A stretch of 64,000 nucleotides of DNA from Terriglobia bacterium (GTDB lineage Bacteria; Acidobacteriota; Terriglobia; 2-12-FULL-54-10): assembly GCA_963666975.2 (NCBI GenBank), contig CAXVYR010000003.1, positions 1,120,001 through 1,184,000 of the forward strand, in the 5' to 3' direction. Both the position numbers and the translations under genes were made by a program. Shown one piece after another: positions 33,379 to 45,211 of the stretch (position 1 is the stretch's first letter; every line of letters begins with the position of its first letter). A model generated the notes under the pieces. The model searched no databases and was not told the origin of the DNA. It saw only the letters and a program-made list of their open reading frames with translations.

Positions 33379-33742
33379 AAATAGAGGAGCAATACCCGGT
33401 TTGATTTATTTAGCATCAACTATAATATTCAATTTAAGCCACAGAGATCACAGAGAAAGTAACTATCTCCCGTAATAGCAGATTGCGGAAGCACTGGCAT
33501 GGTCTTTCCTCGCAGCCTATTCCTATTCGAATCCACCACCGGCAACATTCCGGCTGCAAGCATCTCTTGACTCTCTCGTAAAAGCGAGAATACATTGGGT
33601 CCGAAAAAACAATTTCCTATCGATCTGAATTCGGAGGTCCCGTGAGGTTCGTCCGAGGCGATTGCGGTTCGTCGATCCTGTCCGAGCCGGGCGCCGAGCT
33701 AGCAGGTTGCCGCTCTGAACGGCACGACACTAGGGCGGCTCG

Positions 33743-35179
33743 ATGAGTGGAGCCATTGGAAGACTGTTCCGGCGCGTGGTGTACCTCCGCGAGGGCGAGA
33801 CAGCGGCGCTGCTCTGGTCGTGCCTTTTCTTCTTCTTCATCCTCTCGGGCTACTACGTCATCCGCCCCATCCGGGACGAGATGGGCGTGGCCGGCGGTGT
33901 CCAAAACCTGGCATACCTCTTCACCGGGACGCTGATCGGAGTGCTACTTGTCCATCCCTTATACACGGCGCTCGTCGCCCATCTGCCGCGGCGCCGGTTC
34001 GTCCCGTACATCTACCGGTTCTTCATACTGAGCCTGATCATCTTCTTCCTCCTGTTCCGGGCCGCGGAAGCGACCCAGAGCGTGTGGATCGGCCGGGTCT
34101 TTTATATCTGGGTCAGCGTGCTCAACCTGTTCATTGTGTCCGTCTTTTGGTCGTTCATGACAGACATCTACAGGATATCGCAGAGCAAGCGGCTCTTCGG
34201 CATGGTCGCGGTGGGGGGCACCTTGGGTGCGACGCTCGGCTCGACCATCACTACCTTGCTGGTGGGGCTCCTGGGGCCGATCAACCTCCTGCTCGTCTCC
34301 GCCATCTTCATGGAACTGGCTGCCCGGACGTCGCGGGCCCTTGAGAAGCAGGAGGCACGGCTGGCGCTGGCAGCACTGGAGGACGAGAAGGAAGAGCGGA
34401 GGGAACCCTCGGCTGCCGGAACCGGCGGGCCGGAGGTGGTTGGCAAGGCGGGACTCAACCCCGATGCAGTCGCAGACGAGGCTGGCGAGCGGAGCGACGC
34501 AGTCATCGGCGGGGGCCTGTTCGAGGGTGTCCAGCGAGTCTTCCGCTCACCCTACCTGTTGGGCATCGCGGCCCTGGTGGCGCTTTTCGCCATCTCATCC
34601 ACCTTCCTCTACTTCCAGGTGGTCGCCATCGTCGCGCGGGTCTTTGAGGACGATCCCGTCGGGCGGACGCGGCTGTTCGCCAGCAGGGACCTTGCCGTGA
34701 ACATCCTGACGCTCGGGACGCAGATCTTCCTCACCGGTCGAGTACTGCGCTGGCTGGGTGTCGGCTTTGCCTTGGCCTTTCTGCCCGCCGTGAGCTTGTT
34801 CGGGTTCGGGATCCTTGCTGCGGCGCCCGTCCTCGCCGTTGCGATCGTCTTCGAGGTGCTCCGCCGGTCCGGGAACTTCGCCATCCAGCGCCCGGCCCGA
34901 GAGGTCCTCTACACGGTCCTGCCCAGGACCGACAAGTACAAGGGGAAGAACTTCAACGACACCTTCGTCTACCGGGTCGGGGACCAGGTGGGTGCCTGGT
35001 CGTACACCGCAATGGGATGGGTCGGGATGGGGCTCTCCGGCTTGGCTTTTGCCATGGTCCCTGTTTCGGCGGTCTGGTTTGTCCTGGCCATTTGGATCGG
35101 GAAGAAACACCGGGCAATCCACCGGAGCCAACCGGGGGCCGTGCCCGCCGACACCGTCCTGGAGACCGGGAGGGTCTAG
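33743..35179 (+). CDS. Npt1/Npt2 (NTT, ATP:ADP antiporter)-like MFS transporter
   Basis: YYVIRPIRDEMG, NLFIVSVFWSFMTD and RPAREVLYT..KYKGKNFNDTFVYRVGD motifs. Confidence 0.82.
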   Translation: MSGAIGRLFRRVVYLREGETAALLWSCLFFFFILSGYYVIRPIRDEMGVAGGVQNLAYLFTGTLIGVLLVHPLYTALVAHLPRRRFVPYIYRFFILSLIIFFLLFRAAEATQSVWIGRVFYIWVSVLNLFIVSVFWSFMTDIYRISQSKRLFGMVAVGGTLGATLGSTITTLLVGLLGPINLLLVSAIFMELAARTSRALEKQEARLALAALEDEKEERREPSAAGTGGPEVVGKAGLNPDAVADEAGERSDAVIGGGLFEGVQRVFRSPYLLGIAALVALFAISSTFLYFQVVAIVARVFEDDPVGRTRLFASRDLAVNILTLGTQIFLTGRVLRWLGVGFALAFLPAVSLFGFGILAAAPVLAVAIVFEVLRRSGNFAIQRPAREVLYTVLPRTDKYKGKNFNDTFVYRVGDQVGAWSYTAMGWVGMGLSGLAFAMVPVSAVWFVLAIWIGKKHRAIHRSQPGAVPADTVLETGRV

Positions 35180-35413
35180 CCTGGCAAAACCGCATGGCAC
35201 TCAGCATAACCGCCAAAATGAGCCACGCTGCCCAAAGAGGCCACGGCGATGGTAACTTGACCCGATAGGGCGGCTGGCGTATGCTTCTCGGCAAGCAGAG
35301 TCTCAGTCGGAAACTCCGGAGGATATAGGTGCCTCGGTGGTTTCAACTCGTCCGGTCATTCCAGGAAACCGCCAGACTTACTCAATAACCGAGGCCAAGC
35401 GAGGGAGGACAAT

Positions 35414-36337
35414 ATGGAATTGACTCGCCGCGATATGCTCAGGCTTGGTTTGGGAACAGCTGCGGTGTCCACGCTCTGGCCACTTCCTGAACTGTTCTCG
35501 CAGAACCCCGTGAATAGGAAGGCCATCCCGTCGAGCGGCGAGCGCCTCCCAATTGTCGGGATCGGAACGAGAGACTACGAATCGGAAACACCGGAGGTTC
35601 GGGCGGAGCTCAAGGAGGTCCTTCGTCGATTCCCTGAGCTGGGCGGCGAGGTGATCGATACGGCGACTGGATACCGGCGCGGGGCCTCTGAGACGGTGAT
35701 CGGCGAGCTAGTGTCCGAGCTGGGCAATCGCGATCAATTATTTCTCGCCACCAAGGTGAACGCGAGGGATAAGGCCGCTGGTGTCGCCCAGATCGAGCAG
35801 TCCTTTCAGCGGCTTCGCACGGACCGCATCGATCTGATTGCCGTGCACAATCTCCGCGACACTGCGACGCAGCTTGAAACGTTGCGCGAGATGAATCAGG
35901 CTGGCCGGATCCGCTACGTGGGCATCACGACATCGTTTGACCGTCAGTACGAAGAGTTCGAAGCAACCATGAAGGCCCAGACGCTGGATTTCGTGCAGGT
36001 CGACTACGCGCTCGACAATCGCGGGGCTGGAGACCGCATCCTACCGCTTGCGGCGGACCGCGGCATGGCCGTCATGGTGAATCTGCCCTTCGGCCGCGGC
36101 CGCCTTTTTGCAGCGGTGCGGAACAAGCCGTTGCCGGACTGGGCTAGGGAGATCGATTGCACCTCCTGGGCGCAGATTTTCTTGAAGTACATTGTTTCTC
36201 ATCGAGCCGTGACTTGCGCCATCCCTGGCACGCGCCGCGTGAGACACCTGGTCGATAACATGCAAGCCGCACAAGGACGACTGCCGGACGCCTCCATGCG
36301 CCAGCGCATGGAGCGCTTCTTCGATTCGCTGACCTAA
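35414..36337 (+). CDS. Aldo/keto reductase with Tat signal
   Basis: TRRDML signal; IDTATGY, LATKV and AVHNL (intact D/Y/K/H tetrad); GGAGG RBS. Confidence 0.9.
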   Translation: MELTRRDMLRLGLGTAAVSTLWPLPELFSQNPVNRKAIPSSGERLPIVGIGTRDYESETPEVRAELKEVLRRFPELGGEVIDTATGYRRGASETVIGELVSELGNRDQLFLATKVNARDKAAGVAQIEQSFQRLRTDRIDLIAVHNLRDTATQLETLREMNQAGRIRYVGITTSFDRQYEEFEATMKAQTLDFVQVDYALDNRGAGDRILPLAADRGMAVMVNLPFGRGRLFAAVRNKPLPDWAREIDCTSWAQIFLKYIVSHRAVTCAIPGTRRVRHLVDNMQAAQGRLPDASMRQRMERFFDSLT

Positions 36338-36361
36338 TCCCGCCCACGCGGACACGAGCGA

Positions 36362-36519
36362 CTCCCCCACCGGCACCGCGACCTCAGCCTGCTTCAGTAC
36401 TCCCACGATCTGCTCCACAGAAAACCGCTTCCGTTTCACGGCTTGTCCCCCTTCTTGAAGTCCTCGATTCTGCCGCAAAACTTACTTTCAACTTGGTTCA
36501 AAAAACCAGGGGCCCATCA
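36362..36519 (-). mobile_element. IS3 left-end remnant
   Basis: IR TGATGGGCCCCTGG followed by orfA start KRKRFSVEQIVGVLKQAE. Confidence 0.75.
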
Positions 36520-36965
36520 CGCGGACTAATTCGTGAAAATGGATTGAAGAGCTGAAGCGGCGGGTGCCGACGGGAAAGTAATCCGAACCGCAACCTCTGA
36601 AATTAGCTTACGCAACAGCTTAGCGAACATATACCCCAGAAAAGCAGCCAACGCTTGGGAGGCGGTTCTCCGGAATGTGAAACCCGAGTGGACGTGTCCT
36701 CGACGATTACTCCTGAGTAACGGCGTAGTATTGACCGATCTTTTGCCACTTAGCCGTGTAGTCTCCATATCGGAAACTGACCCACTACCCAAAATCCCCT
36801 TTCATAGACTTCCACCACGTATAACCCATGGAAATGAGGGGGTGACAAATTGTGTCACTTTTACCACAGTTGGGGTATAATGGCCGGTGCGAGCAAGAAA
36901 TCGCTTAGCTAGAGGATATAGAGGCTAGGCTCCTCCTATGAAACGCCTTCCACGAGATTGGGTAT

Positions 36966-37493
36966 GTGCCCAGGGGGGTTTATGAGCGTTCAGAGGCAGC
37001 TAAAAAATGGAAATTGGGTGTAAACCACTCAAATCAAACAGACGAGATTATGGGAGGGATTCCAATGAGGAAGGTAAAGTCGCCGGAGGTGGTGAAAGCC
37101 CAGCAGGCGGGATTGATTAAAGCGGTTGCAGCCGGGAACACATACCAGACTTCTTGCCGTGTAATGAAAATCTCGCATACTACCTTCCAGCGATGGCGGG
37201 AGATGGATCCTACATTCCAGGCAGCGGTGGAAGAGGCCGAGGCTGTGGCGATTATGCGAAACGTCGCAGTGATTCAGGAAGCCGCCAAGAAACACTGGCA
37301 GGCAGCGGCGTGGTTTTTAGAGAGGAAGTATCCCCAAGATTGGGCTTTGCGGCAGGTTGTGACTATGGAAGACAGCCTGATTTCCGAAATGGAGAAGAGA
37401 CTGCATGCGGGGCGTGCAAGAGCAGCAATTGCCGGAGGAAGTGAAGAAGTGGAACCTGAAACTGTCATCGGAAATAGCAAACTTGTACAGTGA
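36966..37493 (+). CDS. Phage HTH / terminase small subunit-like protein
   Basis: HTH (TYQTSCRVMKISHTTFQRW..DPTF) and WQAAAWFLERKYP motif. Confidence 0.6.
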   Translation: MPRGVYERSEAAKKWKLGVNHSNQTDEIMGGIPMRKVKSPEVVKAQQAGLIKAVAAGNTYQTSCRVMKISHTTFQRWREMDPTFQAAVEEAEAVAIMRNVAVIQEAAKKHWQAAAWFLERKYPQDWALRQVVTMEDSLISEMEKRLHAGRARAAIAGGSEEVEPETVIGNSKLVQ

Positions 37494-37551
37494 TCCCCAC
37501 ATCCGCCAAAAACCCCTCTGAATCCACTTCCCCAACTGCCTGATTCTTCGC

Positions 37552-37947
37552 GCTCTCAACCAGCCAAACTTAGCACGCCAAAAACAACTGTTTTTGACGG
37601 CTATCTCCCTGACCTCACACTTTTTGTATGTTGTTGAGATTGTGGGAGATTAGTTGAAGGGGATCGAATGAAATCGCCGGCCACTTCCTAGTTGGAACTG
37701 GGTTCCAAGGGAGCCGAAGGGTATCGGGGGGATGGCGACGTCTGGCAATGGATGAGTTGATTGATCGGGCCGAGCAATTGAAGAGTACCGGGAAGGCGAG
37801 CGGAGAGGTGCGCTGGCATGAAGACCGAAACTGGCCTCGGCCCTGAGCTCGGCTCTCAACCAGCCAAACTTAGCACGCCAAAAACAACTGTTTTTGACGG
37901 CTATCTCCCTGACCTCACACTTTTTGTATGTTGTTGAGATTGTGGGA
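37552..37947 (+). repeat. 96-bp direct repeat (37552-37647, 37852-37947) with a mosaic spacer
   Basis: Identical copies 300 bp apart. Confidence 0.9.
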
Positions 37948-38379
37948 TGAAACCACTTCTAGTTGGGTATCTGGATCAATTGAAACGTCTCGCCGGCGAG
38001 ACGTTCTTTCCTGGTCCCACCACCGAGTAGATTCGCACCTGGAACGGCAGGGAAAGGGCTTCCTACAGGAATCTAGAAGTTGGCGGGGGTTTTCGCCTCA
38101 ATGGGACCCAATGGGGTTGTTTCTGGAGCGGTTTTTGGAAAAAAGGGGGGTAACTAGATAGTTACCTGGGCGGTGGATGCGGGTGAAGACCGGATTGGCC
38201 TGCCGAAGTGGGATGTCGGCTGAGCTGGATCGAGAGGACCATCCCATACATGTTACGCTACAGCTAAATCAAGCAAGCGTTCCTGTTCTTCTGGGACAAG
38301 TCCTGCTACTTCCCTATGATGGGACCAGGAAAGAACCTCGCGCCGGCGCGAGGTTTCAATCTGCCCTGCAACCCAGCCG

Positions 38380-38615
38380 TGCCGGATTTCTTGATTCGGC
38401 TGCAATCTGAGGGGAAGGAAGTCAGCACCCTAATCCTGGAGACGAAAGGCTACGATCCCCTGGAGGAAGTCAAATCGGCAGCAGCCCAAAGATGGGTCCA
38501 TTCGGTCAATGCCGATTGGCAGTACGGGCAGTGGGCCTATCGAATTGTCCACAAAGTCACCGATATTGACCAGATTGTGAAAGAAGAGGCCAAAAGGGTT
38601 CAACCCTCTGCATAG
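38380..38615 (+). pseudogene. C-terminal fragment of a type III restriction endonuclease
   Basis: PDFLIRL...LILETKG PD-(D/E)xK motif and AAQRWV..VN..YGQW. Confidence 0.7.
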
Positions 38616-39172
38616 AGGGCTTGCTATTGGTTGAAAGTGCCCCGGTCGGGTGCCCCCATAGCGCCCTACCGCTGAATAGCGATTTTCCTGGTTAGCCCAT
38701 TGCCTGTTCCAGTTTCCACGGGTACTCAAGCGGCCAATTTCGCCGCCAGGCGGGTAGACTGACGAACCCCATAGGGGGGGTAGGGGGGCGCGGCTCGAAC
38801 AAGGCTACCGGGGGGGCCTTCCAGGGAGGTTTTACCCAACAAAAACCGGAAAGACACACACACAGAAATACCCCTAAATAGCCATCGAAACCATGAGTAT
38901 AGGGAAGGGCGTTTCGATTGAAAATAGCCGGAGAGACTGGCTTCAAACGGGTATTTTAGGCGGAGATGGAGCCGCTTGGAGCCTAATTGTAGCCCGGTCC
39001 CGCCATCTGTCGGAGTTGGTGGGAAAACCTTCGGGAATGAAACGCGGGCAAGAATAGGAAAGGCTACCCCCCACTAAACCCTTCGAGCTAGGCGGCTATC
39101 TGATTAGCCAATTCCAGTGGTTCTGTTGCAGATTCTGAGGCGGGTTGCTGCATGATATTGGCCTGTGCTCCT

Positions 39173-40066
39173 TCACTGCGCCGGGCTAGACTTCCACTCC
39201 CGTGCCAGCCGTTGCGCTTCTGCAATCTGTTCTGGCGTCATCTTGGCGGCAATCCCGTCCCGCAACTTGACACTAAGCTCGCGTTTTTCTCCCGTAAAAT
39301 TGGCGGCGGCCAGATTTGCGAACATGTGAGCCTGGATGTAGTCCTGCGCAACGCCTTGGCCGCGCCAGTACGATATTCCCAAGCTGTTCTGTGCCTTGGT
39401 CTCTCCCTGCTCGGCAGTCTTACGATACCACTCCGCCGCCTCTGCATAGTCCTGCGGAACGCCGTAGCCAAAGGAGTACGCATCCCCCAAGAAGAACTGT
39501 GAGTTGGCATTCCCCTGCTCGGCAGCCTTACGATACCACTCCGCCGCTTCCGCATCATCCTGAGTAACACCGTCGCCAAGGGAGTACCCTAACGCCAATC
39601 TGTACTGTGCGTTGGCATTCTCCTGTTCAGTAGCTTTCCGGAACCACTTCACCGCTTCCGCATCATCCTGAGTAACACCGTCGCCCCTGCTGTACATTAG
39701 CCCCAAGAAAAGCTGCTCGACGGCATGTCCCTGCTCGGCACGCTTGCGAAACCCCTTCACCAATTCCGCATAATCCTGTGGGATACTTTGATCTTTGATG
39801 TATATATACTTCAACCCGATCTGTCCCTCTGCATGCCCCTGCTTGGCAGCTTTCTGAAACCACTTCACCGCTTCCGTATAATCCCGTGGGACACCTCGGC
39901 CATCAGAGTACATTTTCCCCAGGTTGAACTGGGCAGAAGCATCCCCTTGCTCGGCGGCTTTACGAACATCCGATACCTTTTCTGACTCGCTCTGTGGACT
40001 ACATTGCGCCAGAACTGTCGCTGCTAGAAGGACCACACCCAGGAATACTCGTGGGAAGAGCGTCAT
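39173..40066 (-). CDS. Secreted Sel1-repeat protein
   Basis: Signal peptide and repeated AAEQG.A.AQ..LG..Y..G.GV.QD..EA..W units. Confidence 0.92.
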   Translation of the reverse strand: MTLFPRVFLGVVLLAATVLAQCSPQSESEKVSDVRKAAEQGDASAQFNLGKMYSDGRGVPRDYTEAVKWFQKAAKQGHAEGQIGLKYIYIKDQSIPQDYAELVKGFRKRAEQGHAVEQLFLGLMYSRGDGVTQDDAEAVKWFRKATEQENANAQYRLALGYSLGDGVTQDDAEAAEWYRKAAEQGNANSQFFLGDAYSFGYGVPQDYAEAAEWYRKTAEQGETKAQNSLGISYWRGQGVAQDYIQAHMFANLAAANFTGEKRELSVKLRDGIAAKMTPEQIAEAQRLAREWKSSPAQ

Positions 40067-40597
40067 TTATCCCTCGCTCAATCTGATTGCGCTAAGTTTA
40101 CCACGGGTATGGTTTTAGAGTGTGGGATTCTAATGGGGACCCCATGCGCTCCTGCTGCCACACTCTATTATGTGACCTGCCTACAGCCGCGCCCGGCCCG
40201 CTGGCCGTTCCTGCTCATTACAATCAGAACTTCCCAGCCCTTCTCTCGGTCCGCAACTTGATTTCCACACAGAAAAACGGTTGGGAAACAGGTGATTCCC
40301 GACAGTCCTTTTGTTACCGTGGGTTCTCTTGGGCGTTCTTTTCTCGCATAGCCTCGGCGCGGGCTTCCCTCTATTATAAGCCTCGGCGCGGGCTTCCCTC
40401 TATTTGAAACTGGCCGAACGCATAAACTCCCCCAACCCATGGAGGACTCGAATAGTAAGTCTAGCGGTTCTCTTTCGGATTCAGAGGGCGGGACGCTGCA
40501 TGATATTGACCTATGCGCCGTCACTTGGCCGGGCTAGGCTTCCACTCCCGTGCCAGCCGTTGCGCTTCGGCAATCTGTTCCGGTGTCATCTTGGCGG

Positions 40598-43524
40598 GAG
40601 GGTGTCCCATACATAGTTGAAGGTTGAACGGCGGTTCGGCCCGAATCGAATAGAATCGGGCCAAGCCTAAATCCTATAGAAGGAGAACCGCCGAATGAAG
40701 GGAAAATATCACGTTTTGGAACTGGGTTCCAAGGGAGCCGAAGAAACCATCCAGAAGTTTTGCCAAACCAACGGACAGATGCTGTTGCCGGTGGTGGATC
40801 TGATCACGGAGGCGCGTCTGGCGGTGGATGAGGTGATTGATCGGGCCGGGCGAGGTTTGATTGAAACGATTCTGAGCATGAGCGCAGAGCAAATCGCGGG
40901 GCCAAAGAGTCCCGGGAAGGCGAGCGGAGAGGTGCGCTGGCATGGCCGGCAATTGGGGAGGGTGAAACTGGCCGATCGCCAGCTGCGGGTGGAGCGGCCC
41001 CGGCTGCGCCGGAAGGGCGGAGGGGAAGAAGCGGTGCCGGCCTACGAAGCACTGCGGAAAAGCGAGAAGACGGGCGAGGAGATGTTCGAGGCACTGTTGA
41101 AATCGGAATCATTTTCTTGGGTGCGCCGCAGGCTGGGCTATCCCGACGGAAGCGACAGCCCATCTATTCGCCCCAGCATGCTAGCAAATAAACGTCTCGT
41201 CAGATGGCTCTCTGCCAGCAATAGCCAATAGTAGCGGGCATGCTTAATCAGGCGTCCTCCGGTTTTCACCAGCCGCTGCTGGAGGCTCGTCAAGGACCAG
41301 TTCCCGATTCTCTGTGGCACCACCAGCCGCCGCCAAAGATTTCCCAGACTATAGGCAATGATGGTCAGCCACAGCCGTACCTCGTTGGAGCGGAACCGAT
41401 GGCAACTGAGCCGCGTCATCTTCACTGCCTGCTTGCCCTCCTTGATCCACTGCTCTGCCGTCCCGCGCTTATTATAGAACCGCACCACCGCTCGACTCGG
41501 AAGCGTCAGATTCGTCACAATGAACCCCACTCGCGGGAACAACTCCCCCGGATGATGTTCTACCTTGGCTACCACCCGTCGGGCCGTCTTCCAACTCTCG
41601 GCTTGGTACAGAAACCCCTTGTACTCCACCAACGGCTTCTGGCCCGGCCTTCCTACCGGAAGTTTCAGCAACTCCTCGATGTCCCGCTGGAGGTTCTCGT
41701 TGGAAGGGATGCGGATGGCATACTTCACACCCCGCTCCTCCAACGCTTCGTAAACCTCCGGCTTGGCAAAGGCCGCGTCGGCACGAAACACCACTTCCTT
41801 GCACAGCTTCTGCTGCCGCTCGATCTCCGGCAGGAGAAGTTCTTCCCAGTCATCGGCGCTGTGGACGTTACCGGGTCGCAGCTTGGCCGCCAAACAGTCA
41901 CCCTCGCGATTGAACAGCAACAACGGGTGATAGCAGGTAGACTCGAAGTGCCCATTATAGGCGCTCTGTTCCTGCTCGCCGTAAACCGGGATCTCAGTCG
42001 AATCCATGTCCAGCACGGTTCGGTACGGCGAACCTAGCGGTTCTACTTTGCCGATCAGCTCCCGGTTCACCCGTGCCAGCCCCGCGAAGTTCTCCTCCTC
42101 AGCCAGCAACTCCGTCTCGAAGGTTTGCAACCGGGACGGCAGTGCTGCCCCTCGATCCCAATTCTTCTCGGAACCGATCAGCCGGAAGGTCGGATCTCGT
42201 GAGAGTTGCTCGGCATCGTTCACATCCTCGTATCCAGCCAAGCGACTGTACACCGACTGCCGTAGCAGGTCCGCGAGGGGCAACCGTGTGTTCTTCCCCC
42301 GAGGATCGGCTAGGTGCTGCTTGATGAGTTCACCGAATCCCAATCGTTCGTCCAACTCCCGCACCAGAATCAACCCTCCGTTGGAGGTGACCCGCGATCC
42401 GTGGAAAGCGACCTTCAACGAGGCATTAAAAGTGAGTTGAAATGGCTGATTTTGTCTCTCACCCATTCGGTGTGAACCTCCGGAAGGGAATGTTGCTGCT
42501 CGAACCAGCATCAATATTGACGTTGGAGGTTAGCAGAAGGTTGCTTCTACGATTTCAAACTGGAAATGCGGGTTGAAAGGGGTTTCGACGCGGAACTACC
42601 GCGAGGTGATCCCGGAGATGGCCAACAGCGCTGGGGTGTCGAAGTCTCAGGTGAGCCGGGAAGCGGCCGAGCAAGGAGCGCGGCGGCTGGAAGAACTGTT
42701 GGCGCGGCGCTGGGAGGAGGTCGAGATTCTGGTGATTTACCTGGACGGAATGCGGTTCGGCTCCCACCACGTCATCAGCGCCGTGGGCGTGGACATCGAG
42801 GGCCGCAAGCATGTGCTGGGGATTCAACTGGGCGCGACCGAAAACGCCGCTGCGGTGAAAGACCTTCTCACCCGCCTGCGCCAGCAAGGTTTGCGCACGG
42901 ATCAGCGCTATCTGTTTGTGATCGACGGCGCCAAAGCGCTCCGCGCGGGGATCGAGGAAGTATTCGGCAGCAATCAGCTGGTGCAGCGTTGCCGTACTCA
43001 TAAGCTGCGCAACGTGGCTGAGCGGTTACCAAAGGGCGACAAAATGCTGGCGAATCAGGTGCGGTCGCTGATGCGCGCCGCCTGGCGATTGCCCCAAGCC
43101 GAGGAAGGCATCGTGCGCATAAAAAAGCTCGCTGGGATGATCGAGTGCGATCATCCGGCAGCAGCCGCCAGCTTGCGCGAAGGGTTGGAGGAGACCTTTA
43201 CGATCAATCGAGCCGACGTTCCTCCCAGCCTCCACCGCTGCCTGGCAACCACGAACCTCATCGAGAGCCCGCAGTCGGGCGTGCGGAAAAAGACTGGCAA
43301 TGTTTGCCGCTGGCGCGACGGCGAGATGACGTTGCGCTGGGTGGCAGGAGCGTTTCTGCTGACCGAGAAGAATTTCCGGAAGATCATGGGTTATCACGAT
43401 CTCTGGGCTTTGGCATCGATTCTCGGCCGAAGTCCAAACGCTGCTTCCTCTCACAAGGAGAAAGTGGCGTAATATGAACTCAACCCGCCGTCCCAACCTG
43501 CAACTGAGTTTGGGACACCTTCCG
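40598..43524 (+). mobile_element. IS256-family element interrupted by IS1380
   Basis: IRs GAGGGTGTCCCA and TGGGACACCTTC; 8-bp TSD CTTGGCGG; transposase halves 40695-41101 and 42573-43472. Confidence 0.9.
41102..42572 (-). mobile_element. IS1380-family element (transposase 41138-42466)
   Basis: TSNGGL, LDMDST, RADAAF and FYNKRGTAEQWIKEGK motifs; IRL CCCGCATTTCC; TSD TTGAA. Confidence 0.9.
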
Positions 43525-43881
43525 CTTGGCGGCAAGAAGGCCTCGCAACTCAACACTAAGCTCGCGTCCTTCTCCTGTCAAATTGGTGGCAGCCAGATTT
43601 GCGAACATGTACGCCTGGATGTAGTTCTGCGCAACGCCTTGGCCGCGCCGGTACGCATCCCCCAAGAAGAACTGTGCGTTGGCATTCCCCTGCTCGGCAG
43701 CCCTGCGCCACCACCGCACCGCTTCAGCATAGTCCTGCGGAACGCCTTGGCCCATGTCGTACAATATCCCCAATCTGGACTGTGCGTTGGCATTCCCCTG
43801 CTCGGCAGCCCTGCGCCACCACCGCACCGCTTCAGCATAGCCCTGCGGAACGCCGTAGCCTAAGACGTATATATACGACAA

Positions 43882-45211
43882 CATTGCTGTCCGGTTAAAA
43901 CTCGAACAGAATCAACTGGTTGGGATTTCTGACTAAATCGTCTGGGGAGCCCGATGCTTCCAAGGCCTGTAAAATGGGTACTTTCTCGAAAAGAGTAACA
44001 CTGAGAATCTGTAAAATTTGGTAAAGGCTGGCTTCCAAACCGAGACGCTTCCGGACAATGGCCACGAGTACATAGATCGAAACGGCGATCCAGATTTGAG
44101 TCTTCACGGCGTTTTGGCTGGTGCCATAGAATGCCTTGATTCGCAGGTGCTGCTTGATCCATTTGAAGAACAGTTCCACCTGCCAGCGGCACTTGTAGAT
44201 TTGAGCGATAGTGAGTGCGGGTAGCACGAAATTGTTGGTAAGAAACTTCAGGCGCTTGTTTGTTTCTGCATCGAAGTACGTAACGCGCCGTAGCGGATCG
44301 GGGTATGCCCTGGCCGAGGCGTTCCCGGTCAGGATCACGGTATGATCGGATCGCAAGCCGCTGGTTCTGTCTGCTGGATGAGAATAGCGGCGTTGGAGCA
44401 AGACGTTCTCTTTCGTCCGCACGACGAAAAATGCGGAGCAGAGTGTGAAGACAAAGAGTCGCTCGAAGTCGATGTAGCCGCGATCCATCACGTAGAACGC
44501 GCCCGCTTCCGGAACGATCTCGTCGAGGATGTTGACATCGTGCACGGCACCGGCCGTGACGCGGAGAAACGTGGGGATGTTGCCATGCAGGTCCAGCAGC
44601 GTATGCAGTTTGACGGCAGCCTTGTGTTGGCGGAATCGTGCCCACGGAAACAGCGAGAGGCAGAGGTCGATGGTGGTGGAGTCCAGCGCGTACAGGCTCT
44701 GATCCAGATCGACGCCGATCGGATCGCGCGCATACAAAGGCCGTGCGATGCCGATCAACACCTGGGCGAAGTCCGCGTAGATGCGCCAGTCGTGCGACTC
44801 GTTGGCATCGGCCAGTGTCGAGCGCGCCACGTTGCCGCGCAATCCGATGTGGTAGAGTTTGCTGGTCATGGAACGCAGACACGCCTCGATGTCGCGGAGA
44901 CTCTCGCGGTAAGTCAACTGAGCGAACGCCATCGCCAGAAACTGGTCCCAGCAAGAAAAGCTTCGCAGATGATCGTCGCCACGGTAGCGCGTGACGCATT
45001 TGTGAAACTCGTACGAGGGCACGTGATCCATAAGCTGAGCGAAAACGGTGCGACCGATGTTCATGCACTCTTCTGTCGCCTACCCCAGTCTTTACGTTCA
45101 AAGCCATTTTTCGCCCTCGCGGATTTCAAATCGAAAAATGCTCCAATGCCCGTAACCTTTTGCTCTCATGAGACTTGTTGGCTGTTCTGAAATTTTAGCC
45201 GGACAGCAGTG
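43882..45211 (-). mobile_element. IS4-family element, complete (transposase 43895-45064)
   Basis: IRs CATTGCTGTCCGGTTAAAA and TTTTAGCCGGACAGCAGTG; 9-bp TSD ATACGACAA; YKCRWQVELFFK motif. Confidence 0.94.

Noticed and set aside
37552-37947. CRISPR array
   Set aside because: Only two repeats of 96 bp with a 204-bp spacer, and no cas genes in the window.
38770-38825. G-run blocks (also ~18740-18765 and ~17850) as extra pac/cos sites or G-quadruplexes
   Set aside because: No adjacent terminase and no specific motif that I can support.
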